DNA from: a virus
DNA length: 64,000 bases
Virus record (IMG/VR): IMGVR_UViG_3300010399_000036
Span: 1 to 64,000 of that record
Direction: 5' to 3' (one strand)
Shown: in pieces, positions 46,360 through 55,492 of the stretch
Position numbering within the stretch: the first letter of the stretch is position 1
Layout of the letters: each line of letters begins with the position of its first letter
The notes under the pieces: generated by a model
What the model was told of the DNA's origin: nothing
Databases searched by the model: none
What the model saw: the letters and a program-made list of their open reading frames with translations, nothing else
Translations under genes and position numbers: made by a program

Positions 46360-46557
46360 TTAATTCTTGTTTATTGGAGGGGAAATGAACGGTCCGTACG
46401 TCAAAGGCAAGTCAGGTGGTCCAATAGCAGCGTTGAGCCACGTTCTCAGGGCGTTCATTGATTCTTCGTCAATCTCTGCGTTGATTGGAATACCGCAAGC
46501 GCGTCGTATGGTCGGATCATTTAGCCAGTTGCGGAGAACTTCTACTAGATCAGCCAT
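46360..46557 (-). CDS. small moron protein, leaderless
   Basis: TGCTATAAT on the minus strand (46572-46564), 6 nt before the ATG. Confidence 0.55.
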   Translation of the reverse strand: MADLVEVLRNWLNDPTIRRACGIPINAEIDEESMNALRTWLNAAIGPPDLPLTYGPFISPPINKN

Positions 46558-46573
46558 AGAACAATTATAGCAG

Positions 46574-49500
46574 ATGCCAACCTATCCCGGTGACATTCAA
46601 GACAAGCTAGATGCCTTACAGGCACTAACTGGTAAAGACCGGAAACCTGCGGAGCTCTGCGCGATATACTGGCCTTCCCCGACTGGCACGAAAGTCTATT
46701 CATCTGCGATGTACACAGAACTCCCTTTCTGGCCTGACCTCGCAGCCGCGATCGAAACGTACTTTGGCGATCCAATTCCGATTACACTCACACTCATACC
46801 AGACGGAACCCCCTTCATTGACCTACCCCGCGCCGCATCTATCTCCGACGATTCAATAAACCTTACCTTCTCAGACTTTGACGACCAGTTCTCCGATCTC
46901 CTCATGGCCTACGGTGAAGGGTTGAGAGCCGAAGTCTTCTGTTATTGGCCCGCCGTAGACCTTCTGCTTTCGATGTGGCGCGGGATGCTCCATCAGCCCA
47001 AGGAAATGAACCGGGATCAGGTCAAGATTACGGCTACATCGGGCTGGAGAGCGCCTCAGATGCTCGTTCCAAAGCGCCCCTTTGCCACGTCCTGCCCTTT
47101 CATCTTTGGCGCGTTCTACGCCACGCAGGCAGCAATAGACCAGGCTAAAGGATGTCCCTACAACGCTCATTTGACCGAACTGGAGCGCGGTGGTGCCCCG
47201 CTGATCGGCGTTCCCGGGTTCACTGACTGCCCGCGCCGGGTAAAAGCAGACTGCTCCGAACGCCTCACGGAGCCTGATACCGCAACCCCAACTGAAAAGT
47301 TTTGGCCTGGCTTTGAGACGCGCGCCGATCCGATCCCTAACAACCAGACCAAAGGACCAAACCTATTAGCGAAGGCAATCGGAAACGAATCCGCTCTATC
47401 AGATCCTATTCGCGTTATCTTCGGCGAACGCTATGTAAAAGCGCTTTACCTGCTCGCTTTCCGCAATGAACTCGACACGAACCATCCCGAAGACGGCTTT
47501 GGGGCGGCACTGTTTGCCGGGTCAGAAGGTCCAAATCAGGCCATCTGGGAGTTTCGGATCAACGATCAAATCGTCGGCACAGAACACTTTCAACTGCGAC
47601 TTGGGGAGTTAGGGCAGGAGCCGACAGACTGGTCTCCTGATGTCAATAGTTACTCTGGAACGGCAGTCGGTTACGGGCGCATTCAGGGAGACTTTACGAA
47701 TGCTACTGCGTCTGACTACTCGGGTTCGTGGCGCACGTTGGGGCTGAATGATGTACGAGTCTTTTCAGATCCGAATACGTACATCCAAGGCTACACGACT
47801 AATCGCGTGTGGTGCCTCTTGCACGTCTTAGCACATCTGCGTTGGGGCTACGGTCAAGACTATCCACGATTCAACATTCAAAGCTTTATTGATGCCGCTC
47901 AGTGGTGCGATGAATTCGTTACCTTGACGGATTCAAACGGCAACACATTCTCAGGTGTACGATCCACATTTAATGCCGAAGTAACAGCTCGAGCCATTCA
48001 GCAACAAGTAAAAGATATTTGCACTGCCGGCCGTTTAGGTATTCCATTCGAGTTCGAAGGCAAAGATGTTGTTGTGCCGCTGAAAGCAGAAGACCTTGAC
48101 GATCCCACTATCCCAAATTTCACCGACGAAGGTGCGAACCGAAATATCGTTTACGATGGCGCCAAGTCATCTCTCTCATGGTCCGTGATCAGCGACGAGG
48201 AGATGACAAACCAATGGACCGTGAACTTCGATGATGCATCTAATGCAGGAGTCGACACACAGTTCATCTTCGGGGATCAGGCCCAACAGTTAAGAGCCGG
48301 CAGGGCGTGGGGCGATCGTAGCAAGCGCGTTGTTAACAAAAGTCAGGCCGGCTATGGAATCAACTCCGCACAAGAGGCAGCGCGATTCGGCAATTCCCTT
48401 CTCTATCTTGGGCCACTCGATTCTGGCGGAATACTCAACCCCTTTTCAGTGAAGTTCACAACCTGGTACTCAGAAGCATTCAACGTTCAGAACTACAAAC
48501 TAATCCGAGTGACCAACGCGAAGCTGCAAAGTCGAATGAGCGCTTACTTCGCCGCTCGAGGTTTGGAGCCTTATCCCGATGCGGACTTCACCTATTTTCG
48601 CGTAATGAAGTACACCCGCAAAGGCGACTTGAAAGTCGAGATCGAAGCGCAGCAATACGCAACGCTGGACATTGTTCAATCTGAGCCTCCCGTTGAAGTG
48701 ACTGGTTATATCTATCTCGGAAACTTCTCCCCACCTTGGGTCACTCGCCTCGCTAAAGACTTCTCATCTCTTGAAACCATCGAGTTCACAAACGATGAAG
48801 ATAACTTTGGCGCAATGGCGAGCGATGATGACTACGTTTACATCGTCTCCGGGCATCCATCCGACATTACCCGATTCAGTAAAGCCGCTTGGGGCACATT
48901 TGACTCTATGCAAGTAGGCTCCCATGCCGAAGAAACCACAGACCCGAATCCTAATCATGGTGAGTCGGCATTAGTTGTTGATGACAATTACATATTTGTC
49001 GGATTCAATTGCGTTGGTTCAAGCCACTCGACAGTGCGCATTCACCGTGTACATAAGAGCGACTTTTCAACCAATGACGTACTTGAGATCCCCGGCATCA
49101 GCGATGGATGCTTTTCGATCGCACAAGACGATACTCACATTTACGCACTTACTGCGGGCAATTTTAGTCCAGCTACTACTGACAAGGTTTGGAAAATCAA
49201 CAAATCAACTTTCGCTATCGAAGGCTCTGCAATTGACCTGGGAGGACGGAATACAGCCGTCAACGCCCAAGCGTTGTGTGCAGATGAAACGACGGTTTAT
49301 TTATCGTTTGGCTTTAACCTCATCAAGATCGATACAGCAGCATGGACCAGCACATCTACTGCAATAGGAATCTTCTGTCGCTGCCTTATTTCTGATGGAG
49401 CATTCTTGTGGGCAGGAAGATCCACAACTCACTACATAACGAAGTTCAATAAGAGCGATTTATCTGTAATAGCGAATATAGATTTAACTGGGGCCGCGGT

Positions 49501-50041
49501 AAACCGCTTAGGCCAAGATGATGGCTTTGTTTACGCTCTACAATCGGAAAGCACTCCAGAGCCAGAAGTAACCAAAATAGACAAAACGGATCTCTCGATT
49601 ACGGACTGGCGGGAAGAGGTTAATCCAGATGATCCGCTTATCTATTCAATGTTCGTGGATGGCGGATCGCTCAGCCTTGATACCTTCTCGGCGCCGCGCG
49701 ACCTAACCGCTGTTGTAAACGCGGTAACAGGCGTGGTCCACTTCCACTGGTCTCCGCCATTAAGGCATCCCGAGCTCGTCACTGGCTACACACTCTATGA
49801 ATCAGATGGAGTGACAGTCGCCATGCCCACCGCGCTTGTTTACGACTTTGAACTAACGCTGGCGCCGGGAACTTATACTTACCGATTGAATGCTACTGAT
49901 GGCGTAACTGTATCAGCGTTTGTTTCAGTAACTTTCACTGTTGATGCACCACCGATCACTGGCGCGGACCTGTTTGTGATTGATGATTTAACCCTTGAAA
50001 ACGTCTTTGATGACCTGACCATTGAGCAGGTAACGGTATAA
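46574..50041 (+). CDS. tail tip/hub protein with C-terminal beta-propeller and FN3 domain
   Basis: DPIRVIFG, YSGTA, SFIDAAQWCDE; D..Y(I/V)Y blades; APRDLTA...WSPP...GY..Y. Confidence 0.85.
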   Translation: MPTYPGDIQDKLDALQALTGKDRKPAELCAIYWPSPTGTKVYSSAMYTELPFWPDLAAAIETYFGDPIPITLTLIPDGTPFIDLPRAASISDDSINLTFSDFDDQFSDLLMAYGEGLRAEVFCYWPAVDLLLSMWRGMLHQPKEMNRDQVKITATSGWRAPQMLVPKRPFATSCPFIFGAFYATQAAIDQAKGCPYNAHLTELERGGAPLIGVPGFTDCPRRVKADCSERLTEPDTATPTEKFWPGFETRADPIPNNQTKGPNLLAKAIGNESALSDPIRVIFGERYVKALYLLAFRNELDTNHPEDGFGAALFAGSEGPNQAIWEFRINDQIVGTEHFQLRLGELGQEPTDWSPDVNSYSGTAVGYGRIQGDFTNATASDYSGSWRTLGLNDVRVFSDPNTYIQGYTTNRVWCLLHVLAHLRWGYGQDYPRFNIQSFIDAAQWCDEFVTLTDSNGNTFSGVRSTFNAEVTARAIQQQVKDICTAGRLGIPFEFEGKDVVVPLKAEDLDDPTIPNFTDEGANRNIVYDGAKSSLSWSVISDEEMTNQWTVNFDDASNAGVDTQFIFGDQAQQLRAGRAWGDRSKRVVNKSQAGYGINSAQEAARFGNSLLYLGPLDSGGILNPFSVKFTTWYSEAFNVQNYKLIRVTNAKLQSRMSAYFAARGLEPYPDADFTYFRVMKYTRKGDLKVEIEAQQYATLDIVQSEPPVEVTGYIYLGNFSPPWVTRLAKDFSSLETIEFTNDEDNFGAMASDDDYVYIVSGHPSDITRFSKAAWGTFDSMQVGSHAEETTDPNPNHGESALVVDDNYIFVGFNCVGSSHSTVRIHRVHKSDFSTNDVLEIPGISDGCFSIAQDDTHIYALTAGNFSPATTDKVWKINKSTFAIEGSAIDLGGRNTAVNAQALCADETTVYLSFGFNLIKIDTAAWTSTSTAIGIFCRCLISDGAFLWAGRSTTHYITKFNKSDLSVIANIDLTGAAVNRLGQDDGFVYALQSESTPEPEVTKIDKTDLSITDWREEVNPDDPLIYSMFVDGGSLSLDTFSAPRDLTAVVNAVTGVVHFHWSPPLRHPELVTGYTLYESDGVTVAMPTALVYDFELTLAPGTYTYRLNATDGVTVSAFVSVTFTVDAPPITGADLFVIDDLTLENVFDDLTIEQVTV

Positions 50042-50045
50042 GCCT

Positions 50046-50771
50046 ATGTCACAACTACACTCATTACTAACAGCCAACCACAGGCCATACGCGGGCGTGT
50101 ACGCGGACTCTACGGAGCGGCTCGCGGCGACTGGCTTCGTGCGGGCACTCGGAGGCGGCACGGTTCCTTTCGCAACGGAGGATCTATACAAGAAAGTCCT
50201 CCAACTTAACGACGCCTCAGAATGGATACTTACCGCAATTACGCCAACCTGGGTTCAGGTGTCTGGGGCAGGCTCACTCGCCAACGACAGCATCACAAAC
50301 GCTAAGATGGCAAACATGGCAAACGCCACCGTCAAAGGGCGCACGACTGCGGGCACGGGAGACCCTGAAGACCTCACGATGGCCCAACTCTATGCGTTAG
50401 TGAAGGGCCAAATTCCCGTGGCTGTTTCTGTGGCTGCGTCAGATGAATCGACCGCTCTTACCACAGGAACCGCGAAGCTCACGTTTCACATGCCTTATGC
50501 CATGACGCTCACGGAAGTCATAGGCGAGTTGGTAACTCCACAGACTTCCGGGTCTATTTTCACAATCGATGTTAATGAGGCAGGGACAACAATTCTTTCA
50601 ACAAAAGTCACAATCGATAATGGAGAGGAAACAAGTCTGGGCGGTGCCACGCCTCCAGTAATCAGCGATCCGAATCTCGCAAAGGGAGCGAAGATAACTG
50701 TGGACATTGATCAGATCGGAGACGGAACGGCGAAAGGGTTGAAGGTCCATTTGGTAGGTACACTTGCATGA
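50046..50771 (+). CDS. tail fibre-type protein
   Basis: ITNAKMANMA..TVKGR..AGTGDPEDL and DIDQIGDGTAKGLKV motifs. Confidence 0.75.
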   Translation: MSQLHSLLTANHRPYAGVYADSTERLAATGFVRALGGGTVPFATEDLYKKVLQLNDASEWILTAITPTWVQVSGAGSLANDSITNAKMANMANATVKGRTTAGTGDPEDLTMAQLYALVKGQIPVAVSVAASDESTALTTGTAKLTFHMPYAMTLTEVIGELVTPQTSGSIFTIDVNEAGTTILSTKVTIDNGEETSLGGATPPVISDPNLAKGAKITVDIDQIGDGTAKGLKVHLVGTLA

Positions 50772-51469
50772 GCTTCTTGATTAATCCTTATGTGTTTGCG
50801 GCAGCAGGCGGAGCCGTACTGCCAACGGATGATCTAATCCTACGCCTGGAAGCTGACTCGCTTTCACAATCAGATAACACCGATGCAGATCCGTGGACTG
50901 ACATCTCACCATCAGCAAATCACGCGCTGAAAGGTTCAGGTAGCAATGCTAAGTATCGATCCTCCGTTGATGGCTTACCCGCAATTGAACTGGACGGTAC
51001 GGATGACTATTTCGATCTAACATCCAGCATCACCGATGGTCTGTGGACCTTCTTCGCGGTTTATAAACCAACTGGAACGGGAATACGCAGCTTCTTTGGA
51101 GGTTCTGTTACCGCTGCCGCTCAAATGAGAATCGACAGCACCCCGAATGTGAGTTTCGTGAAATCAGGCGTGTCAATCATCGACTCCACTAGTACACCGA
51201 TCGCTAACAACGCATGGAATATTCTTGTTGTTAGTCGCTCCACATCGGTTGCGGGAGTCTTTTACACTAATGGCGTGGTCAACAACGGATTCGCGGCTCA
51301 GCCTGCGATGAACGCAATCACGCGTATTGGCTCGTCGTTTCAAGGCGCAATCAATAGTGAGTTCTGGAAAACCTATTTCCGTGCTATAGGGTTCTATAGT
51401 GTTTTTAAGGATGCTACCGAGTGCGCGGCAGTAACAAACGCTCTGAATGCAAAGTATGGGGTGTTTTAA
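50768..51469 (+). CDS. LamG/ConA-like receptor-binding protein
   Basis: MSFLINPY..., L.LEAD, W.D.S...NH, GLPAIELDGTDDY, L.AKYG. Confidence 0.8.
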   Translation: MSFLINPYVFAAAGGAVLPTDDLILRLEADSLSQSDNTDADPWTDISPSANHALKGSGSNAKYRSSVDGLPAIELDGTDDYFDLTSSITDGLWTFFAVYKPTGTGIRSFFGGSVTAAAQMRIDSTPNVSFVKSGVSIIDSTSTPIANNAWNILVVSRSTSVAGVFYTNGVVNNGFAAQPAMNAITRIGSSFQGAINSEFWKTYFRAIGFYSVFKDATECAAVTNALNAKYGVF

Positions 51470-51612
51470 GGCGTAACTAATGTATACTGCGCCACTGCTG
51501 TGCTCACCTTGATTAAGCCCATGCAACCAATCCTGTGGGTAGAGAGACACAGAAGAAGCGTAGTGAGCAGTGGAAGTAGCTTCGGGTTGGGCGGCGGGGT
51601 TGTTGGTCGTCG

Positions 51613-51732
51613 TCATCGCAGTAATCCTCTGTAGATACCAATCAGCCAGGACACATGAGCCAGTAAGCCGCCAGCCAGCACGCCGATAATGAACCATGCG
51701 AACCGTGCCTGATTGCAATCATGCCCGCTCAT
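51613..51732 (-). CDS. 39-aa membrane peptide (not in ORF track)
   Basis: FAWFIIGVLAGGLLAHVSWLIGIY. Confidence 0.5.
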   Translation of the reverse strand: MSGHDCNQARFAWFIIGVLAGGLLAHVSWLIGIYRGLLR

Positions 51733-51755
51733 CGTTGTCTCCGTCGTTCAGTCGT

Positions 51756-52157
51756 TCACACGGTGTCCTTCACTAGAAAGTACATGAAAACAGGACCGCC
51801 TCTTATATTGTTAGAGTCGGCAGAGCCGGAAAACGGGTCATGCAGCACGTTTGCTTGCATCCCTTGGTACGCCATAACAACCGCATGATTCCAGCCGAGT
51901 CCGGTATCGCACGACGCTATAAACGGCACGCCATCAGGAAACCAGACTTTACTCGCATAAGCGTCCGCCTGAATCATTAGCAGGACCATGCCGTGACTCT
52001 TGCGGAGCCATACGTTTAGCGGATAGAACCAATCATCGCCCTCTATGTCGTGGATGTTTGGTACTTGATCAATCTCGACTTCGAGTAACGATGCAAGACA
52101 CGCGGCAAAACAGTCACCGCGCGACGTGTTAAGAACTTTCTGCCTGATCGGTTTCAT
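51756..52157 (-). CDS. papain-fold (C39-like) peptidase homologue
   Basis: Q...GDCFAACLASLL...HAVV...HDP, a Cys-His-Asp pattern. Confidence 0.7.
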   Translation of the reverse strand: MKPIRQKVLNTSRGDCFAACLASLLEVEIDQVPNIHDIEGDDWFYPLNVWLRKSHGMVLLMIQADAYASKVWFPDGVPFIASCDTGLGWNHAVVMAYQGMQANVLHDPFSGSADSNNIRGGPVFMYFLVKDTV

Positions 52158-52205
52158 TTAGATTCAAAAGACTGTCCACCAATGATAGCGGTGTCTGTCT
52201 GCGGC

Positions 52206-52601
52206 TCAGCCATCCCCCTCACCTCCGTCCGGTTGCTGCGTGGTCCGCTGCTCGCTAGCCGCAGCATTCCACGCTACTCGTAGAATTCCGACTGCGCGCG
52301 GCAGTGCCTCAAGTGCTTCATCCATTTGAATGCTGTAAACTTGGAGTTCCACCCATCTATCGTGAACCTCTCCGGTTACAGTGAACTGCACTGAACGGAA
52401 CCGATGATCGCCACTGGTGACGTCCCAAGGAATGAACGCAACGTGTGGAGGTTTTTCATTGCTCGTGCAATCAGGAAACCCATCGAAAACCTTCCACGCC
52501 CACCAGCTAACACCTGTACGCTTCCATTCGTAGCCGTGTGTTTCAATGTGCCAGCCGTCTACCTTCAGCGTTTCGCGCAAACTGTCTGGCGTTATGCTCA
52601 T
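52206..52601 (-). CDS. hypothetical protein
   Basis: Coupled ORF in the leftward array. Confidence 0.6.
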   Translation of the reverse strand: MSITPDSLRETLKVDGWHIETHGYEWKRTGVSWWAWKVFDGFPDCTSNEKPPHVAFIPWDVTSGDHRFRSVQFTVTGEVHDRWVELQVYSIQMDEALEALPRAVGILRVAWNAAASEQRTTQQPDGGEGDG

Positions 52602-52900
52602 CGTTTCGTCTCCACGTCCACACCTTCAGCGATGAAGAGACGCATAACTGCTTGTCGAATCTCTGATTTCACGGCCCATCCCTTACGGTGTGACACGTCT
52701 CCTCGACTGTTATGTCGGACGGTTGTTGGCTCATCAATCGCAGCCAGCACCTTCTGCGCAAGGTCGCGCTTGGCGGCGATAATTGGATCCGTCTCGTTGC
52801 GGTCATAGCAAATATAGTCCAGTGTCACGCCTTCAGGCAGTCGATACGGCCCACACTGCGGACCGTTGAAATAGCTACCCCGTTTCTGTGTCTCGTCCAT
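52598..52900 (-). CDS. hypothetical protein
   Basis: GGAGGGG SD. Confidence 0.6.
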   Translation of the reverse strand: MDETQKRGSYFNGPQCGPYRLPEGVTLDYICYDRNETDPIIAAKRDLAQKVLAAIDEPTTVRHNSRGDVSHRKGWAVKSEIRQAVMRLFIAEGVDVETKR

Positions 52901-52924
52901 CCCCTCCCTCTCCTTTCACTACTA

Positions 52925-53175
52925 TCAGCCTTTCTTGCGATTACGTTTACGTCCATGTCGCTCCTCGGGAGGGGTCAGTCTCCACCACACCCACCCGACG
53001 CCGACGACCCAAACCGCCATTAGGCAAACCAGTACCAGTATCTCTCGGTAGGGAATCATTTTCGATTCTCCCGTTTAAGGTCACGGGTGCAGTACATAAT
53101 CCCCGCAGCCACCTCGATCGTAAACGCCGTAACCACAACGGTGGCGAACAACGTTAAGAATCGCAGAAGGTTCAT
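52925..53175 (-). CDS. two coupled single-TM peptides (53175-53056, 39 aa; 53059-52925, 44 aa)
   Basis: ATGA overlaps; hydrophobic cores with basic tails. Confidence 0.55.
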
Positions 53176-54893
53176 TTAATCCTTCCTTCTTCACCTTTCA
53201 CCAACCCTTCCAACTTCTCCAGCACTTCATCTCTACTGATATAAGGAACTCCATCAAAAGGAAGTACTGAAGCGGCGTTTACGATGTCTACGCAGGATTG
53301 GATGGCGGTGGAGTTGGCTTGCACCGCCCCTGATTCAGCAACGATCTCTATATCGTTGAGTATGTTTTCAAGTACGCCTAAAACACCATCAAGCCGGAGA
53401 GCGTCGCGATCAAAACCCGCCTTTTCTGCGCTCTCTTTCTCAGTTCGGGCAATCGTTATACGTTCTGTGATGTCCTTTTTCGCGGCTTCGACGCACTCCG
53501 CGATGGCGTCGGCACGGGCAGTGGTGAGTTCGGCGCGGAGCTGCGAGACAAGTAGATCCACGCAGTTCCGTCCGGCGTTTTCTGCCACGAGCTGCTGCAA
53601 GTCAATACCGCATTCTGTAGCCCATTTGAAGCACGGCAGAATATAGTTGCGTTCATATTCTTGCCACTTCTTCACGGCATGGGTCAACTCACGTTGAAGT
53701 CGGTCTGACCGGCTCGCGTCGGCAGGGGCGGCGCAATGTTTGGCGATAATCGCAGAGACGAGTTTTACAAGATCGTGGAATTCATCCGGCGCTGTGCCAT
53801 AAACACGCTGCACAACTTCCGTCGCCGCCGCTTCTACTGCTACTTGCGTGGCCTCAGATCTAAGCGAGTGCTCAGCGCAACGAATGACTATCCCGCCGTC
53901 AATATCCATCTCCCATGTTGTGCCGACGTTCCCACATTTATCGCACGGGAGATCTGCTCCCTGTTTGTGGAAGATGACCGTTCGCGGATCTAGCTGCATC
54001 TCCGCAGTGGCGGGACCGTCAACTAATTCCCCACGCAACATCTTGGCGTAAAGCGTTCCCAGTTCCTCTCGAAGTCTTTGGTTTTCATCGCACAGTAGTT
54101 CGTTGTCTTCTTCGGTGGCTGGTAGCGTAGGCTCAGTGGGTGGGAAGTGGCGGGAAAGAATTTCGACAACTCTTGCTCTCTCCTTTTTCGAGTCGTCACA
54201 GCCCCAACAGCTGTCGCGACTACAATCCTTGATGAAGCACGTTCGCGATAAACAATCGGGAACAATCTCCTGAGCCGCACTCGTTGCCCCTTCACCGGGA
54301 GCGATAGTGCTCGGCTTGTCTGCGTCTGGTCCAACGTTTACGCCTGTACCGCACCATGTGCAAAAATGCTTTGTTCCTTCTTGCTTCCATTTGTGGCCGT
54401 GAACTAAACAATCAAGCCCCGGCGATCCATCCTGTGCAGTTCCTCCTGCCGTTGCTGCGGTGGAAGCAGGTAACAACTTGCACGGATGTTCATTGCAGGC
54501 CAGGCAAAACGCATCGGGATTAGCGGCGTGTAATCCCCCTTCGGCTGCTGCTGCGGGTGGAGTGGTGGGTAGGTGGTCTTCGCACAAGTCACACTTCTCA
54601 CATTCATTAACTTCCCGCAGTGCCGCTTCGTAGCCCATTAGGACAGATACGCTCGCACTCGTGTCTCGCTGCCCTCCAGTGCTTGCGCCAGTGGTTGCAT
54701 CTAATCGCATGTTCATTAGGTCGCCAATTTCTTCGCCTTGTTTCTCTCTGTTCACGATTGGCTTAACCGTCCGCTGGGCCTTTTCCAGCAAGAGGCAGAT
54801 GTTCTCTGCTTTTACTTGGGCTAGTTCGACTTCAACTTCATCGAGTCGTGATGACCTCTGACGCAACCATTCAAACGTCTCAGCTTGGTCCAT
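53172..54893 (-). CDS. mosaic multi-module protein with several Cys/His clusters
   Basis: 573 aa; five Cys clusters separated by Ala/Pro/Thr linkers and coiled coils. Confidence 0.7.
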   Translation of the reverse strand: MDQAETFEWLRQRSSRLDEVEVELAQVKAENICLLLEKAQRTVKPIVNREKQGEEIGDLMNMRLDATTGASTGGQRDTSASVSVLMGYEAALREVNECEKCDLCEDHLPTTPPAAAAEGGLHAANPDAFCLACNEHPCKLLPASTAATAGGTAQDGSPGLDCLVHGHKWKQEGTKHFCTWCGTGVNVGPDADKPSTIAPGEGATSAAQEIVPDCLSRTCFIKDCSRDSCWGCDDSKKERARVVEILSRHFPPTEPTLPATEEDNELLCDENQRLREELGTLYAKMLRGELVDGPATAEMQLDPRTVIFHKQGADLPCDKCGNVGTTWEMDIDGGIVIRCAEHSLRSEATQVAVEAAATEVVQRVYGTAPDEFHDLVKLVSAIIAKHCAAPADASRSDRLQRELTHAVKKWQEYERNYILPCFKWATECGIDLQQLVAENAGRNCVDLLVSQLRAELTTARADAIAECVEAAKKDITERITIARTEKESAEKAGFDRDALRLDGVLGVLENILNDIEIVAESGAVQANSTAIQSCVDIVNAASVLPFDGVPYISRDEVLEKLEGLVKGEEGRIK

Positions 54894-54895
54894 AC

Positions 54896-55492
54896 CTACT
54901 TCCTTTCAAGTTCTTGGATTAGGGCTGACAGCGCCCCGTCGTAGCCATCTGCGTTCCAAAGCGAACTCCGCCTCAGTGCTTTCAGCCGCTCGACATACTC
55001 CCCGCACCGCTCACTCACCACTGCCTGCTGGAGCAGTGACGCAAAGGTATCTTTAGCCTCTTCATGGTTCTGATAACCTTCGTAGCAGCGTTCAAGGTGG
55101 CTTACCGCATGGACCACCAGGATTGTCTCCCCACAGTTGATGCAGTTAGTTGACAGAGTTCGGCTCTCTGTCAGTTGCTGCTCGCTTACCACGGGTGGCT
55201 GGTGGACCAGAGCGGCGCGGATGTATTCGATCATGTCTCGCTCATTTCGCTCAAGATGATAAACGCCGCCCATGACATCGCTCGCGTAACGAGATCGAAT
55301 ATACAGCCGCTCGGGAATATCATTAGGGATGACAGCGGGTGGGCCTTTACGTAACAAATCAGCCCGCACGTATTCGGTGGTCCCGATGGCGTCTCCCGTA
55401 TCGTTCCAAAAGGACCGGTCCCTACCATCTGAATCGATCCAGATCCGCTCCGGTGCCACTCTCCGCCCCACTGGTTGATTGTCGTTAGTCAT
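54896..55492 (-). CDS. mosaic protein with a duplicated PERI(W/Y)...EY(V/I)RA.L module
   Basis: APERIWID...EYVRADLL and IPERLYIR...EYIRAALV. Confidence 0.7.
   Translation of the reverse strand: MTNDNQPVGRRVAPERIWIDSDGRDRSFWNDTGDAIGTTEYVRADLLRKGPPAVIPNDIPERLYIRSRYASDVMGGVYHLERNERDMIEYIRAALVHQPPVVSEQQLTESRTLSTNCINCGETILVVHAVSHLERCYEGYQNHEEAKDTFASLLQQAVVSERCGEYVERLKALRRSSLWNADGYDGALSALIQELERK

Noticed and set aside
46574-51469. Diversity-generating retroelement acting on tail fibres
   Set aside because: No reverse transcriptase and no TR/VR pair differing at adenines were seen in the window.
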